A DNA stretch of 64,000 nt, from IMG/VR virus record IMGVR_UViG_2061766007_001281. The stretch is one strand, 5' to 3'. The stretch comes from an uncultured virus (IMG/VR IMGVR_UViG_2061766007_001281) (taxonomy: Duplodnaviria > Heunggongvirae > Uroviricota > Caudoviricetes). Below the pieces are notes generated by a model, which saw nothing but the letters and a program-made list of their open reading frames with translations, was not told the DNA's origin and did not search any database. Position numbers and translations under genes: made by a program. Shown in pieces: positions 36,885 through 48,181 of the stretch (within the stretch, counting starts at the first letter, position 1; each line of letters starts with the position of its first letter).

Positions 36885-36961
36885 TGAACTGACTGTTTAA
36901 GTTTGGGACCTGAAAGTAAAATAACGCGAAAGGTTATTGTAGTTTTTAACCTTTAAGTAAA

Positions 36962-39685
36962 ATGACTATGGCAACCAAGAAGATATTACTGAGAGGAATT
37001 AGCCGCACACCGTCAGACCGTATGAGTGCTGACGGTGGGCTGGCGGAGTCCATCGGCTTTGAGACCGACATGCAGGAGCTGGCAACGGCGGTACCTGCCA
37101 AGGACGTGACATCACAGCTGGGCCTTAACGCGCATGTGTACGGACAGAAGGATATTGTGTTCATACATAAGACTAACGACTATGCCAACTACATAGCCAA
37201 GACCAACGTGAGCGTGGGCCTGTTCGACAGTACCAGTCCTTATTACCATGCGTTCTATACGTTCCAGTCAGGTGAGGTGTTCCAGGATATAAAGAGCGTG
37301 GGTAACACACTCATACTGCTCACCAACCAGCGTATGGAGTATATCCTGTATAAGAACGGCGAGTATGTTGACCTTGGTGATGAGATACCGGAACCGAGAT
37401 TGAACGTGTACTGCGTGGGTGTTGACGTGTCAGGACCTGGCACAAAGCGTATAGGTGATTATACCATATCCTTCTCTGTGAATAGCGGTCGCATCACTGG
37501 TACATTATGTGGGGATTACGACCAAGCCAAGTACTATGATCCGGTGGCGCATAACCAGGCTGAGGATTCTATATCATACTCAGGACGTGTCGGTACAGAA
37601 GATGTGCGTACCGTCATGAATTGGGTGATGGAGCGTTGCGTGTCCAGTCTTAATGCGGATATCAAAAAACAAGCAGAGAACCATAATTTCAGTTTTCCGC
37701 GATTCATACGTTATGCGGTACGTCTTTATGACGGCACGTATGTTCGGCATTCGGCACCTATCATGGTGAAGAACCCAACAGACACATATCCTAAAGACCA
37801 GTTCACTGCGCAATATAAGTTCTATTATAAGAGTGAAGACTTTTTTGCCGTAGAGGTGAAAGGACAGCGCGCGTTCACACCCTATTACGTAAACTTTGAC
37901 GCTGACGCTTCTAACAAACCGGATTTTAGCAACTGGAGTGACATCATCACCAGTGTGGATGTGTTCTTGTCTGATGAGATACTGCCTCACAGTCTGAAGA
38001 TAGGTGCGATTACGGACCATACCAGCGAGGACCTGTCGCAGCAGGCCTATGACCGTAAGGAGACCAGTATCATTCACTCACATTCCGTTTCCAACGAGGA
38101 GCATGACGACCGCATACTGAGTAAGAGCAACTTCTACAAGATAAAGGAGATTCCGGTAAGTGAGTACGTGGGAGACCTGTCTTTCTCTACACATGATATG
38201 TCGGACATTACAGGTGACGCACTGCTGGTGAAGCCGACTCTGCCTGACGATATATCAGGTTCCAACAACCGGCTTGTGCCGCTGGGAGTCAAGGTATATA
38301 ACGANNNNNNNNNNAGGCAGTATGACGGCTATTATGAGATACCGAGCCGTATCGTCAAAGATAACGTCAGCTTACATACTTTGACGCTGCGTTACTTTAT
38401 CAAGAAAGCCAGTGGCGAGGAGAATGTGGTACAACGGCAATATAGTGTACCGGCCAATTATGAGTTGGGTAACTGGCTTTATTATCCCGATCCACGGTGT
38501 TATAAAGTGCTGGTAGGTGCGGTGGGTAATACCGGTGTTTACTTTGACATGAAGGAACATCCGTACCTCAACGGCGCGTACTGCATGACAACCTTTGAGA
38601 ACCGCACGCTGGTGGGTATCGGCACCAGCGTCACCATACCTTCTTTACCTGATGCCAACACGGAGCTGAGGGAGAACACGCTGTTCCAGTACGGAGTGAG
38701 CAACATGTTCAAAACCGAGCAGGAGCGTTCATTCCCTTACGGCCGTCTCATTGACCTTGCTGTCATCACCAAACCGCTGTCAACAGGTCAGTACGGTTAT
38801 TCCAGTCTGTATATCTTCACGGACCAGGGGCTGTTTGCCGTGGCGACCAACAAAGACGGTAGTATGGGACAGGTGGATACGGTATCACAGGACGTGGCGC
38901 TGCCCGGTACCGTATGTCATCTGGACCAGGCGGTGGTATTCACCACCAAGAAAGGTGTCATGCTATTGACCGGTTCGGATTTAAAGTGCATATCAGAACA
39001 CATGCACGGCCGTCATTATATGCTGGATGCAAGCATATACACGCTACTTCGTAGCGGTGCTTATCTGGCAGACTGGGGTGACCTCGCATCCATCGCTTAT
39101 GAGGATGAGGCGTTTATGACTTTTATGGCCGATGCACGCACGGTCTATGATTATGTGGGCCGCCGTCTGCTGTTCTTCAGCGTGGCCGAGCATCCGCAGC
39201 CCTATATCTATACGTACATGATTGAGACCGATTCATGGCATAAGATTGTGCTGCCTGCCAATTACACGTTCCGTTGGATGCTCAACAGCTATCCTGAAGC
39301 GCTCATATCAGCCGACTACTACGTGAATAACGCGCTTGATCCGGTGCATTATGAGACCAGGATACTGAGTTTCTCCAACGCACGCGGACAGAATGCGACC
39401 ACACGCTATAAGGGTATGATTGTGACACGTCCGATGGATTTTGACGAGGATGATGTACGTAAGGTCCTTAACCGCCTGTATGTGCGTGGGCTTTATGACC
39501 GCGACCATGTCAAGATTATCATCATGGCCAGCATGGACGGACTGAACTGGATGAACCTGTCATCACTACGTGGCGGCTCATATAAGCTGTTCCGGCTGGT
39601 GCTGCTGGCGGACCTGACCGAAGTGGAACGTATCAGCTACGTGGAGGCCGAGTATGAGACGCGGTACGGTCAGCGGCTGAGATAA
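36962..39685 (+). CDS. Putative tail nozzle / virion stabilisation protein
   Basis: 907 aa, beta-rich, follows the giant gene in the structural module. Confidence 0.5.
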   Translation: MTMATKKILLRGISRTPSDRMSADGGLAESIGFETDMQELATAVPAKDVTSQLGLNAHVYGQKDIVFIHKTNDYANYIAKTNVSVGLFDSTSPYYHAFYTFQSGEVFQDIKSVGNTLILLTNQRMEYILYKNGEYVDLGDEIPEPRLNVYCVGVDVSGPGTKRIGDYTISFSVNSGRITGTLCGDYDQAKYYDPVAHNQAEDSISYSGRVGTEDVRTVMNWVMERCVSSLNADIKKQAENHNFSFPRFIRYAVRLYDGTYVRHSAPIMVKNPTDTYPKDQFTAQYKFYYKSEDFFAVEVKGQRAFTPYYVNFDADASNKPDFSNWSDIITSVDVFLSDEILPHSLKIGAITDHTSEDLSQQAYDRKETSIIHSHSVSNEEHDDRILSKSNFYKIKEIPVSEYVGDLSFSTHDMSDITGDALLVKPTLPDDISGSNNRLVPLGVKVYNXXXXRQYDGYYEIPSRIVKDNVSLHTLTLRYFIKKASGEENVVQRQYSVPANYELGNWLYYPDPRCYKVLVGAVGNTGVYFDMKEHPYLNGAYCMTTFENRTLVGIGTSVTIPSLPDANTELRENTLFQYGVSNMFKTEQERSFPYGRLIDLAVITKPLSTGQYGYSSLYIFTDQGLFAVATNKDGSMGQVDTVSQDVALPGTVCHLDQAVVFTTKKGVMLLTGSDLKCISEHMHGRHYMLDASIYTLLRSGAYLADWGDLASIAYEDEAFMTFMADARTVYDYVGRRLLFFSVAEHPQPYIYTYMIETDSWHKIVLPANYTFRWMLNSYPEALISADYYVNNALDPVHYETRILSFSNARGQNATTRYKGMIVTRPMDFDEDDVRKVLNRLYVRGLYDRDHVKIIIMASMDGLNWMNLSSLRGGSYKLFRLVLLADLTEVERISYVEAEYETRYGQRLR

Positions 39686-39693
39686 ACGCTTGA

Positions 39694-39737
39694 GGGCTAA
39701 GATAGACTACGGGGACAAGTACTTGTCCCCATTTTTG
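39694..39737 (+). promoter_or_regulatory. Putative late promoter, copy 3
   Basis: GGGCTAAGATAGACTAC, then TTTG ending 27 nt later; spacer contains the palindrome GGGGACAAG-TA-CTTGTCCCC. Confidence 0.7.
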
Positions 39738-39778
39738 TTTTGCATAATACACACTGGAGATAATCAAACTAAAATACA

Positions 39779-40360
39779 ATGGGAGCTAACAAAGACAACG
39801 AGTATCTCAGAATGATTAAGAACACGCTTGACAGGCTCACTAATGTCATGTCTGGGATTTTGGATGTGCTGCATGAGATAGCACATGACATCGTACCGAA
39901 TGTGGAGACACCGGTCATCGCATTATCCAACAACAAGGCAGCAATCACATGTGCTACCGAGGGTGCTACAATCCATTACACCACTGACGGCACCACACCG
40001 ACCGCCGAATCAGCTGTGTACAGCTCACCGCTGACAATCAGTAACAGCCCGACCGTCATCAAGGCAATCGCTGTCAAGCTGAATTGTGAGGACAGCGAGG
40101 TTGCAAGTAAGGAGTTCACCATCGTGGCTACACCTTCCATCACTGATGCTGACGGTAAGATTTCAATGGCTTNNNNNNNNNNNNNNNNNNNNNNNNTACG
40201 TTACACCACAGACGGCAGCACACCGACCTCTGAATCCACCGCTTACAGCGCAGCTATTGACGATCCTGTTGATGCAACGACCTTCAAGGCCAAAGCATTC
40301 AAGTCAGGTATGGTTGACAGCGCAGTAGAGACTTACGCATTTACACCGGCTGCATCATAA
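39779..40360 (+). CDS. Protein with two Fn3-associated / chitobiase-C-like Ig-like repeats
   Basis: YTTDGTTPT and YTTDGSTPT repeats followed by IKAIAVK / FKAKAFK. Confidence 0.8.
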   Translation: MGANKDNEYLRMIKNTLDRLTNVMSGILDVLHEIAHDIVPNVETPVIALSNNKAAITCATEGATIHYTTDGTTPTAESAVYSSPLTISNSPTVIKAIAVKLNCEDSEVASKEFTIVATPSITDADGKISMAXXXXXXXXXRYTTDGSTPTSESTAYSAAIDDPVDATTFKAKAFKSGMVDSAVETYAFTPAAS

Positions 40361-40366
40361 CGCACG

Positions 40367-40687
40367 ATGGACTGGACGCTGATAATAACTTCACTCATAT
40401 CCGTAGTGGTTGGCGGTGTCGTGGGTAAAATCATTGACAAGCGCAAGACACCGTACACTATGGTTATGGAGATGATACAGGAGCAGAAACGCTTCTATGA
40501 GGAGCGTAACGCCGAGTATGAGAGGGAGAAGCTGGATAGCGCCGAGAAAAGCGCGGTCATCATGAAGTCCGGCCAGTGTGAGCATAGGTTCAAAGATCCC
40601 AAGATACAATGCCCTGTGGACAAAGCAAATCAGGACCGTCTGGAGAAACGCTGCGAGAGATGCGGTTATAACAAAGAGGAGAAATGA
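40367..40687 (+). CDS. Putative holin / membrane-anchored lysis protein
   Basis: Single N-terminal TM segment; overlaps the endolysin start. Confidence 0.5.
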   Translation: MDWTLIITSLISVVVGGVVGKIIDKRKTPYTMVMEMIQEQKRFYEERNAEYEREKLDSAEKSAVIMKSGQCEHRFKDPKIQCPVDKANQDRLEKRCERCGYNKEEK

Positions 40688-41052
40688 AACAGGCACGATA
40701 CTTCAAGGATGCGGAGTTCCGCAAGTGCAACCCTCCCTGTTCTATTGAGGACATGGATGATGATTTCCTGTTCCTCCTGGATATGGTACGTAAGGAGGCC
40801 GGCATACCGCTGGTACTCAACTCCGCGTACCGCACTCCCGAATGGGACCGCAAGCAGGGACGCTCAGGCAAGGGCGCGCATACCATGGGTATGGCCGTTG
40901 ACATACGTTGTAACAGCAACAGCAACCGCTACAAGATAATCACCGCTGCAATCAAATGCAAGGTGAACCGTATAGGTGTCTATAAGTCATGGATACACCT
41001 GGATATGGGTGATATGGCGGGACTGGCACCATGCGTGATTTGGTATGGGTGA
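40684..41052 (+). CDS. Peptidase M15-family endolysin
   Basis: NSAYR, AHTMGMAVD and WIHLD Zn-ligand pattern. Confidence 0.85.
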   Translation: MKQARYFKDAEFRKCNPPCSIEDMDDDFLFLLDMVRKEAGIPLVLNSAYRTPEWDRKQGRSGKGAHTMGMAVDIRCNSNSNRYKIITAAIKCKVNRIGVYKSWIHLDMGDMAGLAPCVIWYG

Positions 41053-41138
41053 TTTTGACATGACCATAAGCAGAGCAGATGAGGTTTTCTTCATTTTGGT
41101 TGAAATTAAGGTTAGTAATTGATTTTTGTAAGGATTGT

Positions 41139-41171
41139 AAAGGTAGGCTGCTGGACAGCACCCTACCTTTT
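41139..41171 (+). terminator. Hairpin / possible intrinsic terminator
   Basis: AAAGGTAGG...CCTACCTTTT inverted repeat. Confidence 0.4.
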
Positions 41172-41230
41172 AACGTAAAAAGACAGGTATGACACTGGGT
41201 GACAACAAGAGAGACGGCAAGAGAGTAAGG

Positions 41231-41680
41231 ATGATAGCACTGAACGTGCTGGTCATGTTGCTTGTTGCCGTGCTTTCAGGATGCTGCCGTAAGGTGATAG
41301 CACCTGCACAGCCTGTGCCGGTGGAGGTACACCATGACACGGTGACCGTGATACAGCATGTGCGTCATGACAGTATCGTCAACCACTACATAGAGAAGAA
41401 GGACAGCAGTTCCTTTCGTCAGAACGGAGATACCGTCCGAATTGAATACTGGCACTGGGAAAGAGACTACCGCCACGAGAAAGAGCTGGAGGCGAAGATT
41501 GATAGTTTCTCCCACGTTAAGGGGGATTCAATTCCTTATCCGGTTCCAGTGGAGGTGGAGGTACCGGCCGAGCTTACCCGATGGCAGAAGCTGATGATGA
41601 ACCTGGGTGGCGCGGCCCTTTATCTTCTGATAATAGCCGTGGGCTATGGTATCGTCCGATTGATACTGAAGTTAAAATAG
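41231..41680 (+). CDS. Putative unimolecular spanin-like lipoprotein
   Basis: Signal peptide with lipobox LSG-C plus a C-terminal TM helix, directly after the endolysin. Confidence 0.6.
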   Translation: MIALNVLVMLLVAVLSGCCRKVIAPAQPVPVEVHHDTVTVIQHVRHDSIVNHYIEKKDSSSFRQNGDTVRIEYWHWERDYRHEKELEAKIDSFSHVKGDSIPYPVPVEVEVPAELTRWQKLMMNLGGAALYLLIIAVGYGIVRLILKLK

Positions 41681-41687
41681 AGAAGCT

Positions 41688-43710
41688 ATGCAGCATCCCG
41701 ACAGATTATACAGGAGAGTGAAATCCGTGAATGAGATGGATAGTATCCGTCTCAGGAAGAAAGCCATACAACGCTCCAAGCGTGATATGGCACTGGTGGA
41801 GGTGTTCCGTGACCTGTGGCTGAACATGGAACCGTTCCGCGAGCAGCGTGCGCGTGCGTTCCGATTCGCCTATGACGACCAGTGGGGTGACCTCATGGAG
41901 TATAACGGCAAGGTCATGACCATGCGCCAGTACCTGCAGCAGACCGGTAACATTGTCGTACAGAGCAACCAGGTACAGGAGAAGGTAGAGACGATGGTAG
42001 GTGTGATAACACGTGAGATGTTGGAACCCCAAGCCACCGCCGTGGATACCAACGAGCAGGCGTTCGGTGAGATAGTATCCAAGGGCTTGNNNNNNNNNNN
42101 NNNNNNNNAATGAGGTCTATCTGGACTGGGGACGTGAGTTATGTCTGGGCGGACTGATGGTAGGTTATGAGACATGGGACAGCACCAGCGGACCGGACGG
42201 CACCTTTGACAGCTGGACCAGTTACGTCAATCCCAACCTGTTCATCATGGATTGTATGATGAGTGACAGCCGTATGTGGGATGCCACCAAGTTCGGACGT
42301 ATGATAAAATGTGACGCAGGTAAGCTGGCCGCCACATTTGCACGTAGCGCCGATGACTATGCGATACTACGCTCCATATATCCTGAGCAGTTCAATCCGT
42401 TGGTGACCAAGGCGCAGACCTTATCCTCCACCGACCGTTACAAACAGGGTATGCTGTCATGGATGGAGGACGAAGATCCATCCGTATGTGTGGTGCTGGA
42501 GGCATGGACCAAAGAGACCAAGGCACGCATACGTGTACATGACTGGAACGAGGGTAAGGAGTATATCATAGACGCTGATGATAAAGCCGAGCGTCAGCGT
42601 ATCAAGCAGGAGAACCGCCGCCGCCGTCAGATTGCAGAGAGCATGAATGACCGCTGGACGGAGGATGAGATACCCTATATCACCGGTGACGGTATCGGTG
42701 ACAGCGGATTCTTCATTGACGAGTTCTGGTACTGCCGCTTCCTGGCACCGGACGGCACCATACTTTGGGAGGGTGAGAGTCCGCTGCCTGGACGTAACCA
42801 GCCGTTTGTGGTACGCACCATACCTATGATTGACGGTAAGATACAGGGTTTCCTCTATCCTGTCATTGACCATAACATCATCATGAACCGTGCCATCGTG
42901 CTGCATGACTGGCTGCTGAGGGCACAGGCCAAGGGCGTGACGGTAGTACCTAAATCCGTGTTGGGTGGTGTTGATCCGAAGGAGTTTGCCAAGTCATGGA
43001 CCGAGATTGGAGGACTGGTATTCGTGGACATCAAACCCGGACAGGAGAAACTCATGCCGCAGTCCTTCCACAGCAACGCCATCAACTTTGACGTGAGCCG
43101 TTACCTCCAGACCTTCGCCAGCATGAGTGACAAATCCACGGCTATCACCGATGCGCTGCAAGGTAAGACACCGTTCGCCGGTGCATCAGGTACGCTGTAC
43201 GCACAGATGGCAAGCAACTCCACTACCACGGTAGCTGCGTTCCTGCTGAAATTCCATAAGTTCCTTGAGGTGCTGCACACGAAGAAGATGCAGAACCTCC
43301 TGTACTTCTATGACCGCCGCCGCTGGGAGATGATTGTAGGACAGCTGGACGGTGAGTTTGACCTTGACACCATCAACCTGGATGACTTGCGTTACATACA
43401 TTGTGACCTCAACATACAGGAGGGTACCGAGACACCGGCGTTCCGTGAGATCGCGGAGCAGGATGCCAAGCAGATGCTGGAGGCAGGTCTGATAACCTTT
43501 GACGAGTATGCGCTGATAAGTAAACGTCCGTGGATGCAGAAACTCAAGCAGTACCGTGACGCACGCCAGCAGGCGGCAGAGGATGCAGGAGCCGTACCCG
43601 GACAGCCAGTGACCATGCCGCAGAGCCAGCGGCCGCAATCGGCGCTGGCAGGTGTGCCGGGTATGGGACAGGCGATGTTAAAGCAACAATCACGACTGAA
43701 GCCGAGTTGA
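41688..43710 (+). CDS. Portal protein (joined across an N gap)
   Basis: About 670 aa; AFRFAYDDQW N-terminus, ITDALQGK...SG region and Q-rich tail resemble P22-like portals; near the terminase. Confidence 0.7.
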
Positions 43711-43760
43711 ACAATCAACGCGAGTGCAAGTTTCTTTTGAGTAAAGTAAGTTGTGTTGGT

Positions 43761-43784
43761 GGGCTGTGTAGCGATACACGGCCC
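43761..43784. terminator. Hairpin between convergent operons
   Basis: GGGCTGTGTA-GCGA-TACACGGCCC. Confidence 0.5.
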
Positions 43785-43789
43785 TTTGC

Positions 43790-44197
43790 TTATTTCAGTT
43801 TGGCGAGTTCCAGACGCTCGTTGATGAAGTAGCGCAGACGTATGTCAATCTCTTTCTGTGTCATCTTCTGATTACCGGCCTTGTCAGGTGTGTGATAGTA
43901 ACAGCCGTATTTGAGTGACTGGAGCGTGAGCAGCGTGGCATGCCAGCCCCATACATGCTTCTCATGTTTGAAACGCATACGGTCATAGGTGGTCAGCACA
44001 TCAGGCTGGAACGGCTTGGAGCATACATATATCATAGTATGCTCGTTCTTGTAACGCTCATCGGCACGTTTTATGGCTGCGTTGAACTCACGTTTGGCGT
44101 AACGTGTCACGGCACGGCGTGCGAGATTGAGACGGATTTTGCGAAACCAATCGGCGATAACTCCCAGCAAGGGGAAGATTGTAGTTAACTTAGACAT
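43790..44197 (-). CDS. Basic hypothetical protein
   Basis: 135-aa ORF downstream of the terminase. Confidence 0.65.
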   Translation of the reverse strand: MSKLTTIFPLLGVIADWFRKIRLNLARRAVTRYAKREFNAAIKRADERYKNEHTMIYVCSKPFQPDVLTTYDRMRFKHEKHVWGWHATLLTLQSLKYGCYYHTPDKAGNQKMTQKEIDIRLRYFINERLELAKLK

Positions 44198-44236
44198 AAA
44201 TAAATTTACTTATAGGTTAATAAATATGCGTTGAAA

Positions 44237-46390
44237 TCAAAATACCGTGAGGTTATTGCTGCTATGCTGCTCGCCTTCACCGTCACTGACGGTCTGCTGT
44301 ACGAATACCGGCGCGCTCATCTCCTTGAACGCTATCCACAAGAGTATGGCGGNNNNNNNNNNNNNNNNNNNNNNNNNNGCTTCTTCTTATCATCAATATA
44401 CTCGGCCATCTCCTGACAGCAGGTACGGCTGGGTTCATCCCACAGGCGGTCACGCAGACAGGCCCTCATGTGATTGATGATTTTGGGTTTGGTACTTACG
44501 TTGGTGTTGAAACCCCACTTACGTTCTACCTTCTCATCCACATCCTCCTCTTTGTTATGACGTGCGTACAGGTTACGCTCTCCGTACAGCTCCGCTACCG
44601 CATCCATGATATACTCAAATCCCTCAACACCGGTGTCGCGGTTCTGGTCTCGGCTCTCATAGGTGTTGCTCTCCACCACCAGCAGCGCGTTATTATACCA
44701 GGCCGCCAGCCGCATGGCGTCATAAGCCAGCAGGTCATCATCGGTATGGTAGTGCATCTCAGCCACGATGGAGGGCCGTCCTCCCAGTCCGAACTCCGGC
44801 ATCATCATAAGACGGTCCATGACACGGACGGACGAGTAGTCACTGGTGTCATTCGGTCCTCCTATATCCACTGCCACTACGTAACGGTTGAGTATCGGTG
44901 TTGGATCAGGTTTCTCATAAATCTTGAGGTTACCGCCACGGCGTGATATGAACCGTATGTTCTGTAACACCTCGGCTCCGCGTGTGCCGTCAGATATGAG
45001 GTCACCTTCCCACAGCGGTTCACGTGTCCGTTTCATAAACCAGTCCACGTCATAGAAGTCAAAGACCTTGTTACCTGCCGACTGGAACGACTCCTCAAAG
45101 CTGGCCGGTGCCTCATTGACCATCTGTGAACGTCTGGTATAGTTCAGCTCCTCATAACGGTACCACTGTATAGCTTCCAACGGCGCACCTTCGTTCCACA
45201 GCCACCAGTAATAACGGCCGGCGCTGCGCCACTTGCCTTCAGGTATCTCGTTATCACGTCCGCGATACAGCCACAGGACAAACTCCGTGAGGTCCTGTAT
45301 GGGCATGGTGTCATGCGGTATGAAGTAGAACGGTATAAAGAGCAGGTGGAAGTTGCTCTTACCAGCCAGCGCGTCATAACAGATGTCATGGAAGAAGTCA
45401 TCCGATGTCTTGGCGGTGGATTCAAAGACCTGCATGGAGAACTTCTGCTGTTTGGGAATACCACCGCTGATGTCAGCCACAAGGTCCGCTGCGCTCTTGC
45501 CGGGCGTGTCAGGCCACACACCGACCTCGGTATAATGCGCACCGCTGATACGACCTGAACGTAAGCTCTCAGGACGTTCGGCCGAACCGATATATATCAC
45601 ACCGGGCAGAATGACGTTACCCTGTGTGTCTTTTATCTGATAGCCGTGTTTGTTACCTCCGTAATTACCCAGTTTGAGTTTGACACCATGAGGCAGTCCG
45701 AGGTCCCATGCAGGATAATCCTCAATGGCTTTGTCAAGCATGTTGAGTACGTTATGTGCCGCATCCTGTACGTGGGCTGCCACCGCGAATGAGTGGTAGT
45801 TATCCCAGTGGGCCAGCAGCCAGAACTGGAAGAAGATACAGAAGGTGGAACCTCCCCACTGACGTGCCTTATCCAGTACCACGTTGATAGGCTCACCCTC
45901 ATATAAGAGGAACATACAGAGTTTGAGCACCTGGAGCTGCGCGTAATTGAGACGGAATCGGCCACGGCCTCCCAGTTTCTGGTCTATCTTGATACAGAAC
46001 CAGCTCCAGCAGCAGAAGTCATACTTGTGACGTATGCGCCGTATCTCATCCTCAATATCCTGAAAGGTAGGTATGTCATCCGACTGCCAGCGGTGCTTGT
46101 CAATGAATTTCTGTATGCCGCCTGCACGTAGTATGTTACGTATGAGTTTCACTTTCATCATACGTTTGGGTACGTACTGGATGGGTACGGCAAAGTCACG
46201 TATGCGCAACTGGCTGCGTTCCTCACCCAGCAGCTCCGCCAGNNNNNNNNNNNNNNNNNNNNNNNNNNNNNNNNGCATACATCTGACGGCGGCGCTCGTT
46301 CTCCGCGATGATACCGCTGACAGCAACACGCTCCTCCTCAGTCATGCTGATGAACGGATGGTCCTCCTCTTTCTTTTTCTTCTTTGCCAT
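44237..46390 (-). CDS. terL: Terminase large subunit (joined across two N gaps)
   Basis: LNYAQ, KARQWGGST (Walker A), HYTEVG (Walker B), ESTA, VAVDIGG nuclease motif, GFNTNVSTK. Confidence 0.9.
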
Positions 46391-46845
46391 CACCGTCTCA
46401 TTCTAAGGGTGGAGAAAAACAGGCCGCAGGCCAGTGACGCGATATGTGCCCAACCAGCCACACCAGGCAGAAAGACCATACCCAACGTCATGAGGTAAAA
46501 GATTATGATTGCAGGCTGCCGCCAGTACCCTTTACGGAACACAGGTGTCATAAAACCCACACTGGCATACAAGAGGTTGCTGATTCCAACTACCGGATGG
46601 GGAGCCAGCGGCCACACGGCCATAGATACCAGCCAGGAGCAGAGCAGCAACCAGCCTTTATTTCGGAACCGTGGCGCGTAAAGCGCCCATACCGCAATCA
46701 TGTTGACCGCGAGGTGGAAGATATTGGCATGATAGAGAGGATAAGCGGCAGCGCATAACCACGGCCAGCGGCTGTCAGTCATCCAGTCAGGGACACCTGT
46801 CAGACACAGCACGCAGCATATCACTATAATCACTATCCTCATCAT
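46390..46845 (-). CDS. Rhomboid-family intramembrane serine protease
   Basis: Multi-TM; HANIFHLAVN, VGIS (GxS catalytic Ser) and AHIAS (catalytic His). Confidence 0.8.
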   Translation of the reverse strand: MMRIVIIVICCVLCLTGVPDWMTDSRWPWLCAAAYPLYHANIFHLAVNMIAVWALYAPRFRNKGWLLLCSWLVSMAVWPLAPHPVVGISNLLYASVGFMTPVFRKGYWRQPAIIIFYLMTLGMVFLPGVAGWAHIASLACGLFFSTLRMRR

Positions 46846-47258
46846 CGTCTGGTCCTCATGTGTTTGATGGCGGCACGGCGCTCATAAATGATGATGTGCT
46901 TGGCACGTCCGGCAGATACGAAGAACTGGGGTGCCGGTTGCTCCACCAGCTCCTCCAGTACCAGCTCACGGCTGAGACGGCAGTGCGGGTGGGCTTTGAG
47001 GTATGCGTTATATGCGTCATACAGGTGCCATATACGCTGACGGCTGTTGCTGTTGAGGCCGATAAGTGACTGGTGGGCCATGAGACGGCCGATGAGGAGG
47101 GAGGCGGTACGTGCCGATATGTAATACTGGGGTGCCGGCTGGCGGCGCGCGTAATCCGCTGCCTCGCCTATGCTGGCAAACCGCCTGGCACTGAGCGAGC
47201 GCACATAGACCTTGTATAAGTCACGGTCACGCTGGCGTTTGAGTTCGGTATCCTTCAC
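46842..47258 (-). CDS. Basic protein, possibly DNA-binding
   Basis: 138 aa, Arg-rich, with duplicated QPAPQ(Y/F)(Y/F)xS segments. Confidence 0.65.
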   Translation of the reverse strand: MKDTELKRQRDRDLYKVYVRSLSARRFASIGEAADYARRQPAPQYYISARTASLLIGRLMAHQSLIGLNSNSRQRIWHLYDAYNAYLKAHPHCRLSRELVLEELVEQPAPQFFVSAGRAKHIIIYERRAAIKHMRTRR

Positions 47259-47300
47259 CTCTTTTTACCTGTCCTTCAACGTCTAAGTTACATTTTCTTG

Positions 47301-47344
47301 GGGCTAAGATAGACTACCCACCTTTCACGGCTGCGGTATTTTTG
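47301..47344 (+). promoter_or_regulatory. Putative late promoter, copy 4
   Basis: GGGCTAAGATAGACTAC, then a canonical TATTTTTG ending 27 nt later; lies between divergent operons. Confidence 0.72.
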
Positions 47345-47377
47345 GTAGCAAGAAAGATAACATACAACATAAAAGCA

Positions 47378-48154
47378 ATGGCAAAAGCTGATAATGAGCA
47401 GATTAAATCCGGCAGAGAGCGTCTGCTGGAGAGAGCGCAGGGCCGTTATCCCGACCGCCACTTCGTAAGACAAGAGGGACAGGACGGACAAGACGGACAG
47501 CTGGACGACCTTGACGAAGCCATCAATGAGATGATGGATGAGGATGCGTCACAGATTGCGACCAATGCCAGCATGAACGAGAAGCTGGCAAGTATCCTGT
47601 ACCGCGATCCCAAGGTCGCTGATTTCCTTAACGTACTGATTGAGACCGGTGATCCGCGTGCCGCACTGGTGGAGACCTTCGGTGACGAGCTGGCAGAGCT
47701 GGCAACCGAGGAGGGCCGTGGGCGTTTCCAGTCACAGCTGGAGGGTTACCGTGAGCGTGTACGCAGAAGTGAGGAGCTGAAAGCCGAGGAGCAGAAGAAC
47801 TGGGAGGGATTCCTGGAACGTCTGGACAACTGGGGTAACGAGCGTAACCTGACCGATGAGGAGAAAGCGTCCATCGCAGTACGACTGATTGACATAGCAC
47901 AGAAAGGCGGTGTCAACATGTATGACGAAGATGATTTCAACACCGTATGGCGTGGCGTACATTATGAGGGTGACGTAGAGGCCGCACGTAATGAGGGACT
48001 GATTGCAGGACGTAACGAGCATATTGAGGCCGCACGCCGTCAGCGTGCCGCCGCCAGCTCCGCAGGGATGCCGTCCATCAGCGGCGGTCGTGGTGCCAAC
48101 ATGCCGGCACCCAAAGCACCGCAGTCCAAGTCCGTATGGGATGAAGTAGAGTAA
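47378..48154 (+). CDS. Putative capsid scaffolding protein
   Basis: Acidic helical protein immediately upstream of the capsid gene. Confidence 0.55.
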   Translation: MAKADNEQIKSGRERLLERAQGRYPDRHFVRQEGQDGQDGQLDDLDEAINEMMDEDASQIATNASMNEKLASILYRDPKVADFLNVLIETGDPRAALVETFGDELAELATEEGRGRFQSQLEGYRERVRRSEELKAEEQKNWEGFLERLDNWGNERNLTDEEKASIAVRLIDIAQKGGVNMYDEDDFNTVWRGVHYEGDVEAARNEGLIAGRNEHIEAARRQRAAASSAGMPSISGGRGANMPAPKAPQSKSVWDEVE

Positions 48155-48181
48155 TACGTTAAACATTTTTTCAATAAAGCT

